From Cetorhinus maximus (lineage: Eukaryota): DNA of 64,000 bases. The notes under the pieces were generated by a model. It was not told the origin of the DNA. It saw only the letters and a list, made by a program, of their open reading frames with translations, and searched no databases. Location: assembly GCF_964194155.1 (NCBI RefSeq), contig NC_135901.1, positions 32,550,001 through 32,614,000 on the forward strand. The letters are read 5' to 3'. Within the stretch, counting starts at the first letter, position 1, and each line of letters opens with the position of its first letter. Shown here one piece after another: positions 24,596 to 35,107 of this stretch. The position numbers and the translations under genes were made by a program.

Positions 24596-25052
24596 CTGGG
24601 CGATAGGGCGCCTCAATCAGAATCCCTGTTTTAAATTTGGGCGCCCCGCTCCCCCAATGTCTCGTAATAGCAGGACCTCCCTCCAAGCCTGGCCTCTCCC
24701 TGGACACCGTAACCCCTCATGGCCCACCCGCCCCATGGCCCCCCACCATCCCTGTCCTGAGACCGCCAAAACGCTCCTCTTTCTCTATTCCCAAGACTGA
24801 TGCCCTAGGGGGCTGCTTGCAGTCCCAGTTCTGCTCGCTGCAGGGGCTCATACCCAGCTAGCCAATCAGGTTGGCCGCCAGCTCTCTAATGCGACTTCCT
24901 CTCGAGTGAGTGGCTTCAGCACCACTTGTAGCCAACTAACGCTCATTTGAGCGTGAAATGCCTGCGGGGCGGACGGTTTAGGGGGGAAATGATTTCCGGT
25001 GACTCTTCAGAGAGCGGGGCGGGAAATCCCACCATCTTAAAAATCCTAGCCC
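24596..25052. mobile_element. One end of a Harbinger-type MITE or non-autonomous element
   Basis: GC-rich; ends AAAATCCTAGCCC|AAT, similar to the TIR of the 11804 element; the other end is missing. Confidence 0.45.
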
Positions 25053-25624
25053 AATCATTCAATGGAGCAGAACACTGACACGGTCTTGTTGGGGGAAAGA
25101 GCCTCTTTCTATCTCTTAATATCTATGAAAGTTCTATAATGTCAAAAATGAATCAGCAACTAAATGACAGCATGTAATATCGGGGCCCAGTACATGAAGT
25201 ATCACTAGGAAGTTGCCATCTCATAATTTTAATGAAGACCAGAACCCTCTTATCCTTACAATGCATTGACACAATGTTGAGGATGCTGGAATATCAGAAA
25301 ATGCATTAAATAGTGCTAGGTTAATACCGCACACTGGGATTTCTGTTTAACAGCACGACCAGGAAATGAGCGATAAGTCACTGCCAGTACAGGCAACGCT
25401 TACGAGATCAGTTTATGATGGGAGTGTTAACGACAGGGTGACTGTTAGGTCATAGTTCTGCCAACAAGGTAACTATAAAACAGGAATCTCAACTAAACAG
25501 TCGCAATTAAAGCAAGGCATTTGTTACAACATCACCTTTAGGCTGAGTTTTCCACTACAAAGTCACTAATGCGCTTGGTTATCAGAGGAAATGTTAACCT
25601 TCTGCAAAATTGTGTCAGTCACTA

Positions 25625-25825
25625 CATCCCTTCTCTCACTCTTTATGGGAGAGTATTCCTAAGCTTTACTTGACTCTGTCATCCTCTGCCTTCTCTCTCT
25701 ATTGATGGGAAGCCTACCCTATCTTTACTTCAATCTATGTCATTACCTATGACAACCATACCCTTCTCCCCCACCTCTATTGGTGGGGGTACCTACGTCT
25801 TCTTTAGTTGAATCTCTCTCACTCT
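25625..25825. repeat. Degenerate tandem repeat, three units of about 55-75 bp
   Basis: Recurring CCTTCTC..CTCT(A/T)TT..TGGG..TA(C/T)..CTTTA(C/G)TT.A.TCT..TCA. Confidence 0.55.
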
Positions 25826-26499
25826 ACGCCAAAATTGCTTGATCTGGCAAAGAATTGTACAAAACACTGGACTGGGCAAGGGGAAAAATAACCAACAATA
25901 ATTGTGGAAACTAACAAGAACATGGATTGCACCTCACTGAGCATCACACTTGGTTTCTTCGAATGAATTATTAAGAAAAAAATATTCTCTGCTGGAAATT
26001 CCAGCAGTGAGCGCTCTAAAAAAACACCCTTCAACAGAGGAAAGTGAGGCAACAATTTGCCTTTTCTCAGATTTTAGGGATGAAATGCAGTGCTAGCTCA
26101 AGATCGTCTCGTGATAATCAGCTGGACCTTCGGTTTCAATCTGACAGCCTGGAAGAGGCAGATGATGAGCTGCCATGAAACCGTTAGTCAGTGGAATCAC
26201 GCAGGTAGTTAACAATTACACAAAGGGGGAATAGGGAGACAGGCGAAGAAATTGACAAAATGCCATAACGGCAGGAGGCACATGAGTATTTATGATTGAT
26301 AGGTGGATGTCAAATCTCTGTTAAATCACTAGATTTGTTATGTTGCTAATGATGACAGAGTGCACAAGGTCAAAGTGCTTTAAATTGTTCAGCATTCCCT
26401 CAGTTGACAGTTCTGGTCTAATTAATGTTAGATGGATGTCACAGCGGATGTCAGATGAGGGACATTATAAAGACGCATGATGCAATGCCCTGCCAGAAC

Positions 26500-27370
26500 A
26501 ATTTTCAATGAGACAAATTTATATGGCTCGAGAAAAGGGTGTTAATTGGCTGGAAAGTGGGCCCTGATTGGCCTCAGCATTGCCAAGGAGAATGTACCGG
26601 CGAAAACAAACCCCCAAAATGTTTTGTTTTAATTAAAAACAAGACAAGTCGAACCTGATTGTTTGAGGGTTTGACAACGGAAATGTGCCAGGAACGAATT
26701 GTCAGCCAGGCGTTTCATAAATCGAAAAATGCACAATATCTGCATATATTGTTCCTGTTGATGGACTACAGCGCCCAGCGAATGAACATATGCACCTTAT
26801 ACCAAGTTTAAGTGAGCCGCCTTGTGAGAATGACTTGCGGCCTTAAATTGAATGTTCATCTAATTGTTAGCACACTTGGGGTTTTTCAGTAAGTGCTGTC
26901 CAATCACGAAATCATGTCTATTATTGGATGCGATGTTATGAGTTTAGCAAGCATGCGTTGCTTGAGTACAGTCAGTGCTCCGCCTGTTGTGAGCAGTCCA
27001 AGTGACATGGTTTTTGTCTAAATTCACCAGCCTTTGGGGCGTATTGTCTTCATACCTGGCACCACACTGGAACTGAGATACATACACCAGGCTAATCACT
27101 TTTGTCGCAGGCAGTCCGTCCTTTTGGCATAAAGTCAGTATCCTGCTAATGGAGAATGCCACTCGCATTGTTACAGCACAGCAGAAATGCAAAATATCTA
27201 GCTTTACGTTTTGATGAAATTGTTCAGGCGCCTATCATGCCCTGGTTCATTTGAGGTAGACTGGACACGTTTCAGGACTGAAAGTGGTGGCCTTAGAGTT
27301 CAAGAGTTTGCGTGATATGCAATGAGAAGTGATCTGGTTAGCGTAGCCATTATCCCTCTGGATCGCTTTA
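26500..27370 (-). mobile_element. Decayed Penelope-like element 3' region (GIY-YIG part)
   Basis: LPATKVISLVYVSQFQCGARYEDNTPQRL resembles the GIY-YIG consensus VVY.FQC.C...Y.G.T.QRL. Confidence 0.65.
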
Positions 27371-28289
27371 ATGGAAACTATTCATCATCAAGAATACCAG
27401 TGGGATATAATGCTCTGAATGAAGAGACAAAATTCGTGTGGATTTAAAGGAATCTGAAAGATTTTCAGAGCTTTAGCTAGATTGATTAGTTAACAAAGAA
27501 ACAGACACAGTGAGATCTCTGTGCTTAGAAGTTTCCAGACTGGAAAAGGAGAATGAAAAAACAAGTAGCAAGCCAGGGAGGTGAGAATAAGTCCGGTCTT
27601 ATCGCCGGAGAATAAATCCCAGCCTTAGGAGACAGTGTCAAGTAGAAATGTGTTGTGGGATTTTTTGTTGTGTTAAACTTTAAATGTAGGACATTGTATT
27701 CTGTTATTTAAAGCATTAATGTTCTAGAGCATTCTATTTTACGAATGTTACTTTTATCTTTCTTGTTGCAATAAAATCTTAAAATTTGAAATCTGCCAAT
27801 CTATGAAACTTAAGATATAATTATCACTATTGTTGCTATCCACCAGGATAGTAAAAGCAACATTATATGTCAATATTCTTTCAATTTGATACCATCCTTA
27901 ATGTCTTTAGTTAGCCACAGGTGGTACATCGTTTTCAGAGTCCTCCCTTTTCAAGTGAATTGATGTTTGTTGACACTTAAAAGTAAATAAAAGTATCTGC
28001 ATAAATGCCTCCAGATTCTTCTCTAAGGTATTAACTTTTAACATATTTGCACGTCCATTGTAGGCAATTCTATCATCACACTCTTGTAATTGCATATGTT
28101 TGAGTTTTCAACACTAGGTTCAGACCCACGATTCTCGCCTTCAAACTGAGTGTGATATTCTATCATGTTAAGATCAATCGTGAACATTTTTCTTGTTTGA
28201 TCGTACCATAATTTCTGTAATTCAGAACATTCAAAGTGGATTATTATTGGACGCAAACATTCAAAATGCAATGTTTGGAGGCACGGTAT

Positions 28290-29180
28290 AAGGTTGTTAA
28301 TCTCATTCTTAGCACACTTGGGATTGTTTACTAAGTGACGTCCAATCATGCAATCGCATCAAATGTTGGACATAATGTTCTGAATTTAGAAAGCATAGAT
28401 TGGTTGCAAATGGTCAGTACTATCCCTGTTGTGAGCAGCCAGAAACGAGGCTTTTGTTGCAATCGACCAGTCGTTAGGACATATGTCCTACATTCCTGGC
28501 AACACAGTGAAACTGAAATTCAAATGCCTCATGACTCAGTTGTGTGGTGAGCAGAACATCTTTTTGGTATGAAGTTAACATCCTATTAGTGGAGAAAGGC
28601 ATTTGTATTTCTCTTGCAATGTAACATTGGCAAGCCGCAATCTTCACCTTTTCCTCAAATCATTCAGAGGTGGACCGGCAAATTTTCAGGCCCAAAAGCG
28701 ATGGCTTTAACCTTTCAAGTGCTGGCATCACATGCAGCGAAAAACGATACGATCAGTGTGTCCATTATCCAGCAGGATAGCTTTGATGCAACCTACTGCA
28801 GAATCAGACTTGAACGGTAAGCTAATGGCTCGGGCCCTAATTACAAGTTTTCCAACCAGGCCAATCGTATAGGTTGTGGGGCAGGGGAAGCCAAATGCAA
28901 ATATTAATCAGTGTTGTAGACTTGTGCTACACAACTTTAAGGAACACAGGATCGTATTGATCAACTTTACTCCAATCGAGGAAAGGAAGCTGGTTAGAAC
29001 GTTCCATTACAAATCTTCTCTAATTAGGATTTGGATTGGCAACGACAATTCAAATAACATTTCAACCTATATACACGTTGACATGCAAATACTTTGAGAA
29101 GAAAACAGTCCAATGTAAGCCCTAGTGATCGCAGATAACAGTGTTCCAAAAGCATCGTTGCCCCTCACAGGTCATAAGCC
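28290..29180 (-). mobile_element. Decayed Penelope-like element (end of RT plus GIY-YIG)
   Basis: Homologous to 26860-27370; IGRHLVNNPKCA; the reverse strand near 28820-28880 reads IGLVGKLVIRARAI. Confidence 0.65.
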
Positions 29181-31480
29181 CCTCTTTGAGAACCTCAGGA
29201 ATGGTGAAAGACAGAGAGAGAGACAGAGAGAGCGATCAGGGAGAGATAGAGACTCCTATTCTCTAGTGTTCTTCACGCAGAATATGGGTCATAGATAGCT
29301 CTTGCAATAAGGAGGCAACATTGTTGATTGTTTAAACGAGGCTGTAAGTTTCGTCTAGTGCTCTAGCTCGATGAAATTCTGTCCAACCAACCCTTCTGCA
29401 CGAAAGTCAGTTCTGTAATTCGATGTTTCCAGGCAGGAAAATGGAAAATGAAGGAAGCAAGGTTGGGAGTTGAGAATAAGCTTGAGGAGGGTCGATGGAG
29501 AATAAATTACCCTCCTAAGGTTCAAATGTATATTAGAAATGTGACGTGAGATTTTTAGCTGTATTAAAAATTAAATGGAGAATGTTAGTTTTTTCGAATA
29601 TTTAGAGTATACCTCTAATACTGCGTATTTTTTAACAAATGTCATGTCTAGTTTGTTTTTAACGGTAAAAAGTTGAAACTTGAAATCTTGTTGTGTGATC
29701 TTTACGATGAGTGACCGAAGATTGCAATATTATTGAAAATGTTATTGGTGTCCGTGGGGTAGCAAAAGCAACAATGCATGGATTTTCTATCAATCTGATA
29801 GCCCTCTGAGCTTTTATAGTTAGCCGCCGATGGTGCATCACACTCATAGAGTGCTTCCATCTCTATGGAATGTATGATTGTTGAGACGTGTAAGGTAACC
29901 CCTTAAATGCATCTCACTTCTTCTCTAACATTGCCTTATAACATATTTTCAGGTCTACTGTAGCCAATTCTGCCGTCACAGTCTTGTGATTGTCTTTGTG
30001 TAATGTTAATACACTAGTTTCAGACCCAGGATTCTCGCCCTGAATCTGAATGAGATATTCTATCATGTTTGGATTAAACGCATCTAGAACATCCTTCACT
30101 ATGAGTTCATAACATAATTTCATAACTTCAGAAAAAGTGCACCGTGAAAGTCAAAATTCTCAAAGCAGACTATTACTGGGTGTTTATTTTCCATTTATAA
30201 GATTTGAAGTCAAAATATAGCAACAAAAAGATCAACAATTTATCTGTCGATTTCAAAGTAGAATGTGGTCCTAAGGCGCTTCAGAGAAGCTTTTTCATGG
30301 TTGAGCTCCGTATTTGAAGAATTTGTAACGTGGACATTCAGGAGGTTAAACCTTGTTGAGTAAGACCATGTAAAATGCAACCTGAAGAAGCAAGTTATGC
30401 AATGTAGGTTTGCTTTCACTGCAAAATAATGCATATTGTTTACATTAAATAAAATCTGTGCATATTCGCAGAAATCTCATTTTGATCATTAATTGGTTCA
30501 CACAGAGATGCTTTAATCTAAATAATCTTTGCTATTCATATGTACAGCCAACAATTTTTTACTTGATTAAGTAACACTCGCTAACAAGGAGGGTTTCAAA
30601 AGATGCTGCATTTGAAACAGTTTTCGTGACTTGAAGGAGAACATGCACGTTTATCCTTCCACAAGGTAGAGGTCGCAGGTTTGGAATGTTCTGAGGAAGG
30701 CGGGTTAGCAAGTTGCTGCAGTGTACCTTGCAAGTTGTTCACACCACTGCTCATGTGCACCATTGGCAGAGTGAGTGAATGTCTAATGCGGTGGCAACGG
30801 TCCGATTCAAGTGCGATTTGAAGAAAAAAAATCATTCACGGGTATATGGGCTTCGCTGGCTGGACCAGCATTTATTGCCCCTCCCTAATTGCCCCTTGAG
30901 AAGTTGCAGGTGAGCTGCCTTCAGGGACCCTGCAGTCCAAGAGGTGTAAGTACACCCACACTGCTCTTCGGAAGGGAGTTCCAGGATTTGGACCCAGCGA
31001 CAGTGAAGGGACGACCATATATTTGAAAGTCAGACCGGTGAGTGTTTGGAGGGGAACTTGCAGTGCGTGGTGTTCCCATCTATTTGCTGTCCTTGTCCTT
31101 CTAGATGGTCGTGCTCTTTGGTTTGGAAGGCGATGTCTCATGAGCCTTGGTGAGTTCCTGCAGTGCATCCTGTAGATGGTGCACACTGGCTGCTACAGTG
31201 CGTCAGTGGTGGAGGGAACGAATGTTTGTGGATGTGGTGCCAATCAAGTGGGCTGCTTTGTCTTGGGCAGTGTCAAGGTTCTTCAGTGTTTTGGGAGCTG
31301 CACTCATCCAGGCAAGTGGGGATATTCCATCACACTCCTGACTTGTGCCTTGTAAGTGCTGGTCAGGCATGGAGGAGTGAGGAGGTCACTCACGCGACGC
31401 AGGATTCCTCGCCCCTCACCTGCTGTTGTGGCCACAATATTTATATGGCTAGTCCAGTTCAGTTTCTGATCCATGGTAAC

Positions 31481-33388
31481 GCCATGGGTATAAGGATCCA
31501 TTGAACGGGGAGAGGACTCCTGCCCAAAGAAGTGAGCATGGAGACGAAGGCGGCGGAAGAAGAGTTCAGCATCGTGCTGGGCCCGAAATTCATTGAGATG
31601 AGGGCCTAAGGGTATGAAACTAATTCCTTTGCTGAGCACTGAACGTTCAGCGTCGGAGAGGGGAAGGTCAGGGGGTATAGTGAATACACGGCCGGGGCTG
31701 GGATTGGAAGATGGGATGGGGATAGAGGGAAAGGCAGGGGTGGAGGGTCCTGGATGGGTGTTGGTGTCGATGAATTGTTGGAGCTTGCAATCCTTTGAAC
31801 CTGAAAGAAAGAGACAAAGTTTCTTGTTGAGGCCCTGGATGAGACGAAGAATAAAATGAAACTGGGGGCACGTGCAGCTTTGAATAAGTGTGCGGTGGTG
31901 CTGCTGGAGAGAAATGTCGAGTGTGTTCATATGGCGGCACATGGCACTGAGTGTGGATCTCAGAATGCGACGAGAACAGCAGTCCGAGGAGAGTTGTATG
32001 TCCCGGTGATACCTGTAATCCTGGGTGGGTTAGAAACAAGAGGGATGGAACTTCAGTTGAAATCCACGTGGGGCAAGTCAGAGACGGAGACAGTCACTGG
32101 GGGAGGAAATATGGCTGTGAAAGTGGGTTTTAGTAAACACCTTGTTAAACACCAGGAGAGAAATGGAAAGCAATGAAGGTGAACTAAAAGAGAGATATGA
32201 AAATCCTGACGGAGAGAAGAGCAAAACTTCTTCAAGGTAAGCATTCCTTGAAGAGAAGTGCAGCCAATTAAACACTAAGATAAAGCAAAAAACTGCGGGT
32301 GCTGGAAATCAAAAACAAAAACAAAAATACCCGGAAAAACTCAGCAGCCTGTCAGCATCTGCGGAGAGGAACACGGTTAACGTTTCGAGTCCACATGACT
32401 CTTCAACAAAACTAAGGAAATTTAGAAAAGAGGGGAAAGATAACATGTTTTAAGGAGGGGGTTTGGGACAAGATGATCTGGATAGGGGGCCAGTGATAGG
32501 TGGAGATAACCAAAAGATATCACAGGCAAAAGGACTAAGAAGTTCAGGTTGTGATATTACCTAAAGGAATGTGCTAATTAAGGGTAGAAAGCAGGACGAG
32601 AAAGGCACAGATAGCCCTATTGGGGGGTGGGGTGGGGAGAAGGAATCGAAAAAGGCTAAAAGGTAGAGATAAAACAATGGATGGTAATACATTTAATAAA
32701 TAATGGAAATAGGTGGGAAAAGAAAAATCTATATAAATTATTGGAAAAAACAAAAAGGAGGGGGAAAATCGGAAAGGGGGTGGGGATGGAGGAGAGAGTT
32801 CGTGATCTAATATTGTTTAACTCAATATTCAGTCCGGAAGGCTGTAAAGTGCCTAGTCGGAAGATGAGCAGTTGTTCCTCCAGTTTGCGGTGAGCATCGC
32901 TGGAACAATGCTTCAGGCCAAGGATGGACATTTGGGCATGAGAGCAGGGTGGAATCTAATAATTTATATAGATTTTTCTTTTCCCACCTATTTCCATTAT
33001 TTTAAAATTTATTTCCATCCATTGTTTTATCTCTACCTTTTAGCCTTTTTCGACCCTTCACCCCACCCCACCACTACTAGGGCTATCTGTGCTTTGCTCG
33101 TCCTGCTTTCTACCCTTAATTAGCACATTCCTTTAGATAATATCACAACCTTCAACACCTCATTGTCCTTTTGTCTGTGACATCTTTTGGTTATCTCCAC
33201 CTATCACTGGCCCTCTATCCAGCTCTTCTTGTCCCACCCCCCACCCCCCTTAAGCCAGCTTATATTTCACCTCTTTTCTATTTTTACTTAGTTCTGTTGA
33301 AGAATCATGCGGACTCGAAACGTTAACTGTGCTCCTCTCTGCAGATGCTAACAGACCTTCTGAGTTTTTCCAGGTATTTTTGTTTTCG
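31481..33388. mobile_element. Penelope-like element with inverted pseudo-LTR arrangement
   Basis: N-terminal FTIPPDLPLSDAERSVLSKGISFIP..FFRRLRLHAHF; C-terminal RKLEEQLLIFRLGTLQPSGLNIE; 32315-32739 is inverted at 32960-33388. Confidence 0.88.
33290..33328 (+). ncRNA. Minimal type I hammerhead ribozyme-like motif in the PLE pseudo-LTR (second copy on - strand at 32375-32413)
   Basis: AGTT-CTGTTGA-AGAATC ATGCG GACTC-GAAACGTT-AACT: stem I AGTT/AACT, a core variant of CUGANGA, stem II, GAAA and a palindromic ACGT stem III. Confidence 0.6.
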
Positions 33389-33774
33389 TTAAGCCTGTAT
33401 ATTGTCCAGGTGTTGATGCATTTGGGCAGGGACTGCTTCAGCATCTGAGGAGGCGTGAATGGTGCTGAACATTGTGCAATCTTCAGTGAACATCCCCACT
33501 TTTGACCTTATGATGGAAGGGAGGTCATTGATGAAGCTGCTGTGGGCCAGGACACTAACCTAACTAACTCAGACAGTGATATCCTCGAGCTGAGGTGGCT
33601 GACCTCCAATAAATACAACCATCTTCCTTTGAATCCAATCAGTGGAAATTTTACCCACTAATTCACATTGAACCCCGTTTTTCTGGGGCCCCTTGTTGCC
33701 ACACTCAATCACATGCTGCCTTGATACCAATGTCACTCTCAGCTCACCTTGGGATTTCAGCCCTTTTGTCCATG

Positions 33775-34650
33775 TACTATCACACCACTGATGGTTAAGG
33801 CTGAGTTGTTAAAATACCATTGGGGAAGTTTACACAACTGTCATAGCCTATTCTGGCAATTTGTATGTTTCGAGATGCAAGCTTTGAGTTCAGTAGTAAT
33901 AAGACCACCGAGTCTCAAGAGATCTTTTTTATAAATCTACACTAAACTTTAATTAAGATAAGAAAGATTGTAAGCACATACATATGCCTACAAAATTACT
34001 GCTCTAATAAACACAAAAACCACCTAATTAATCTGACTCTCATTTACACCCCCGGTAAGGCAACTGCAAAACACATAGATTTAAATAGACCCATGGCAAA
34101 GCACACCCCGAACAGTCACATTTAAAATGAATTACTTTCAGCTCTGGGACTTGAGGCTTACAGGCTGGAGGCTTTTGAGTTCAGAATCCCTCCTCATTTT
34201 ACCAACAGCGTTCTCTTACTTTATAAATTTTCCTCTTTGAATGCAAATTCTCATTGTCACTCGGTGTTTTTCTTTCACTTTCGGCCTTCTAATAATAGCA
34301 CTCTTTCATTATATACGCTTTACCAGTAAGCTTTTTATAACAATAAACACATTTTTTTCTGAGCTGCACCTGCTTAGGTGTAATATTTCACCCGCTCTTT
34401 TGAATGGCCTATTTCCAAATGCAAATTGCCCCCTTTACACATCACTTTCTATCTCCCCATGTTTACCTAATTACCATTTCGAACATACTTCTCTTTTATA
34501 CACAAAACCACCAAGACCAGCTGGCTTTAATCCAATTAAGACACACACACACACACACACACACATACATACACATAGACATAGACACCACAAAAAACTA
34601 TTTTAAAATAATATCCAATGACATTATAGACATTATTACATCTGTTGACA
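33775..34650 (-). repeat. 3' LTR, containing a (CA)n microsatellite at ~34541-34575
   Basis: Direct repeat of 39954-40814; purine-rich AGGAAGCCGA immediately internal on the - strand. Confidence 0.88.
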
Positions 34651-34749
34651 TCGGCTTCCTTACATAAAAATGAAGCATCGTAATTCCAAAAGGTAGCTTC
34701 ATTTTTATTAACCCATCATGCACTACCTCCGATACGTAACTACATATTT

Positions 34750-35012
34750 ACATAGAAACATAGAAACATTGTAGCAGGAGTAGGTCATTCGGCCCTTCGA
34801 ACCTGCTTGGCCATTCATTATGATCATGGCTGATCATCCAACTCAATAGCCTGCTCCCGCTTTCACCCCATATCCTTTTATCCCTTTCACCCCAAGAGCG
34901 AAATCCAACTCCTTCTTGAAAACATACAATGTTTTGCTCTCAACCACTTTCTGCAGTCACAAATTCATCAGGCTCACGACTCTCTGGCTGAAGAAATTTC
35001 TCTTCATCTCAG
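34750..35012 (-). mobile_element. CR1 3' end inserted in the Gypsy 3' UTR
   Basis: (CATAGAAA)n tail and GCAGGAGTAGGTCATTCGGCCC, the reverse complement of a CR1 terminus. Confidence 0.8.
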
Positions 35013-35047
35013 TACTATTACATTAACAGACACTTGTGTTCTCATAA

Positions 35048-35107
35048 CTATATATATATGTATATATATATGTAATATATAATATATATATATACATATG
35101 TATATAC
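35048..35107. repeat. Imperfect (TA)n microsatellite
   Basis: Seen directly. Confidence 0.9.

Noticed and set aside
25625-25825. Repeat-spacer-like pattern suggesting CRISPR
   Set aside because: Degenerate eukaryotic minisatellite with no identical repeats and no cas genes.
31304-31942. 212-aa ORF joining PLE and LINE RT sequence, as a chimeric gene
   Set aside because: Chance in-frame fusion at the insertion junction (~31481) with no start context or complete domains.
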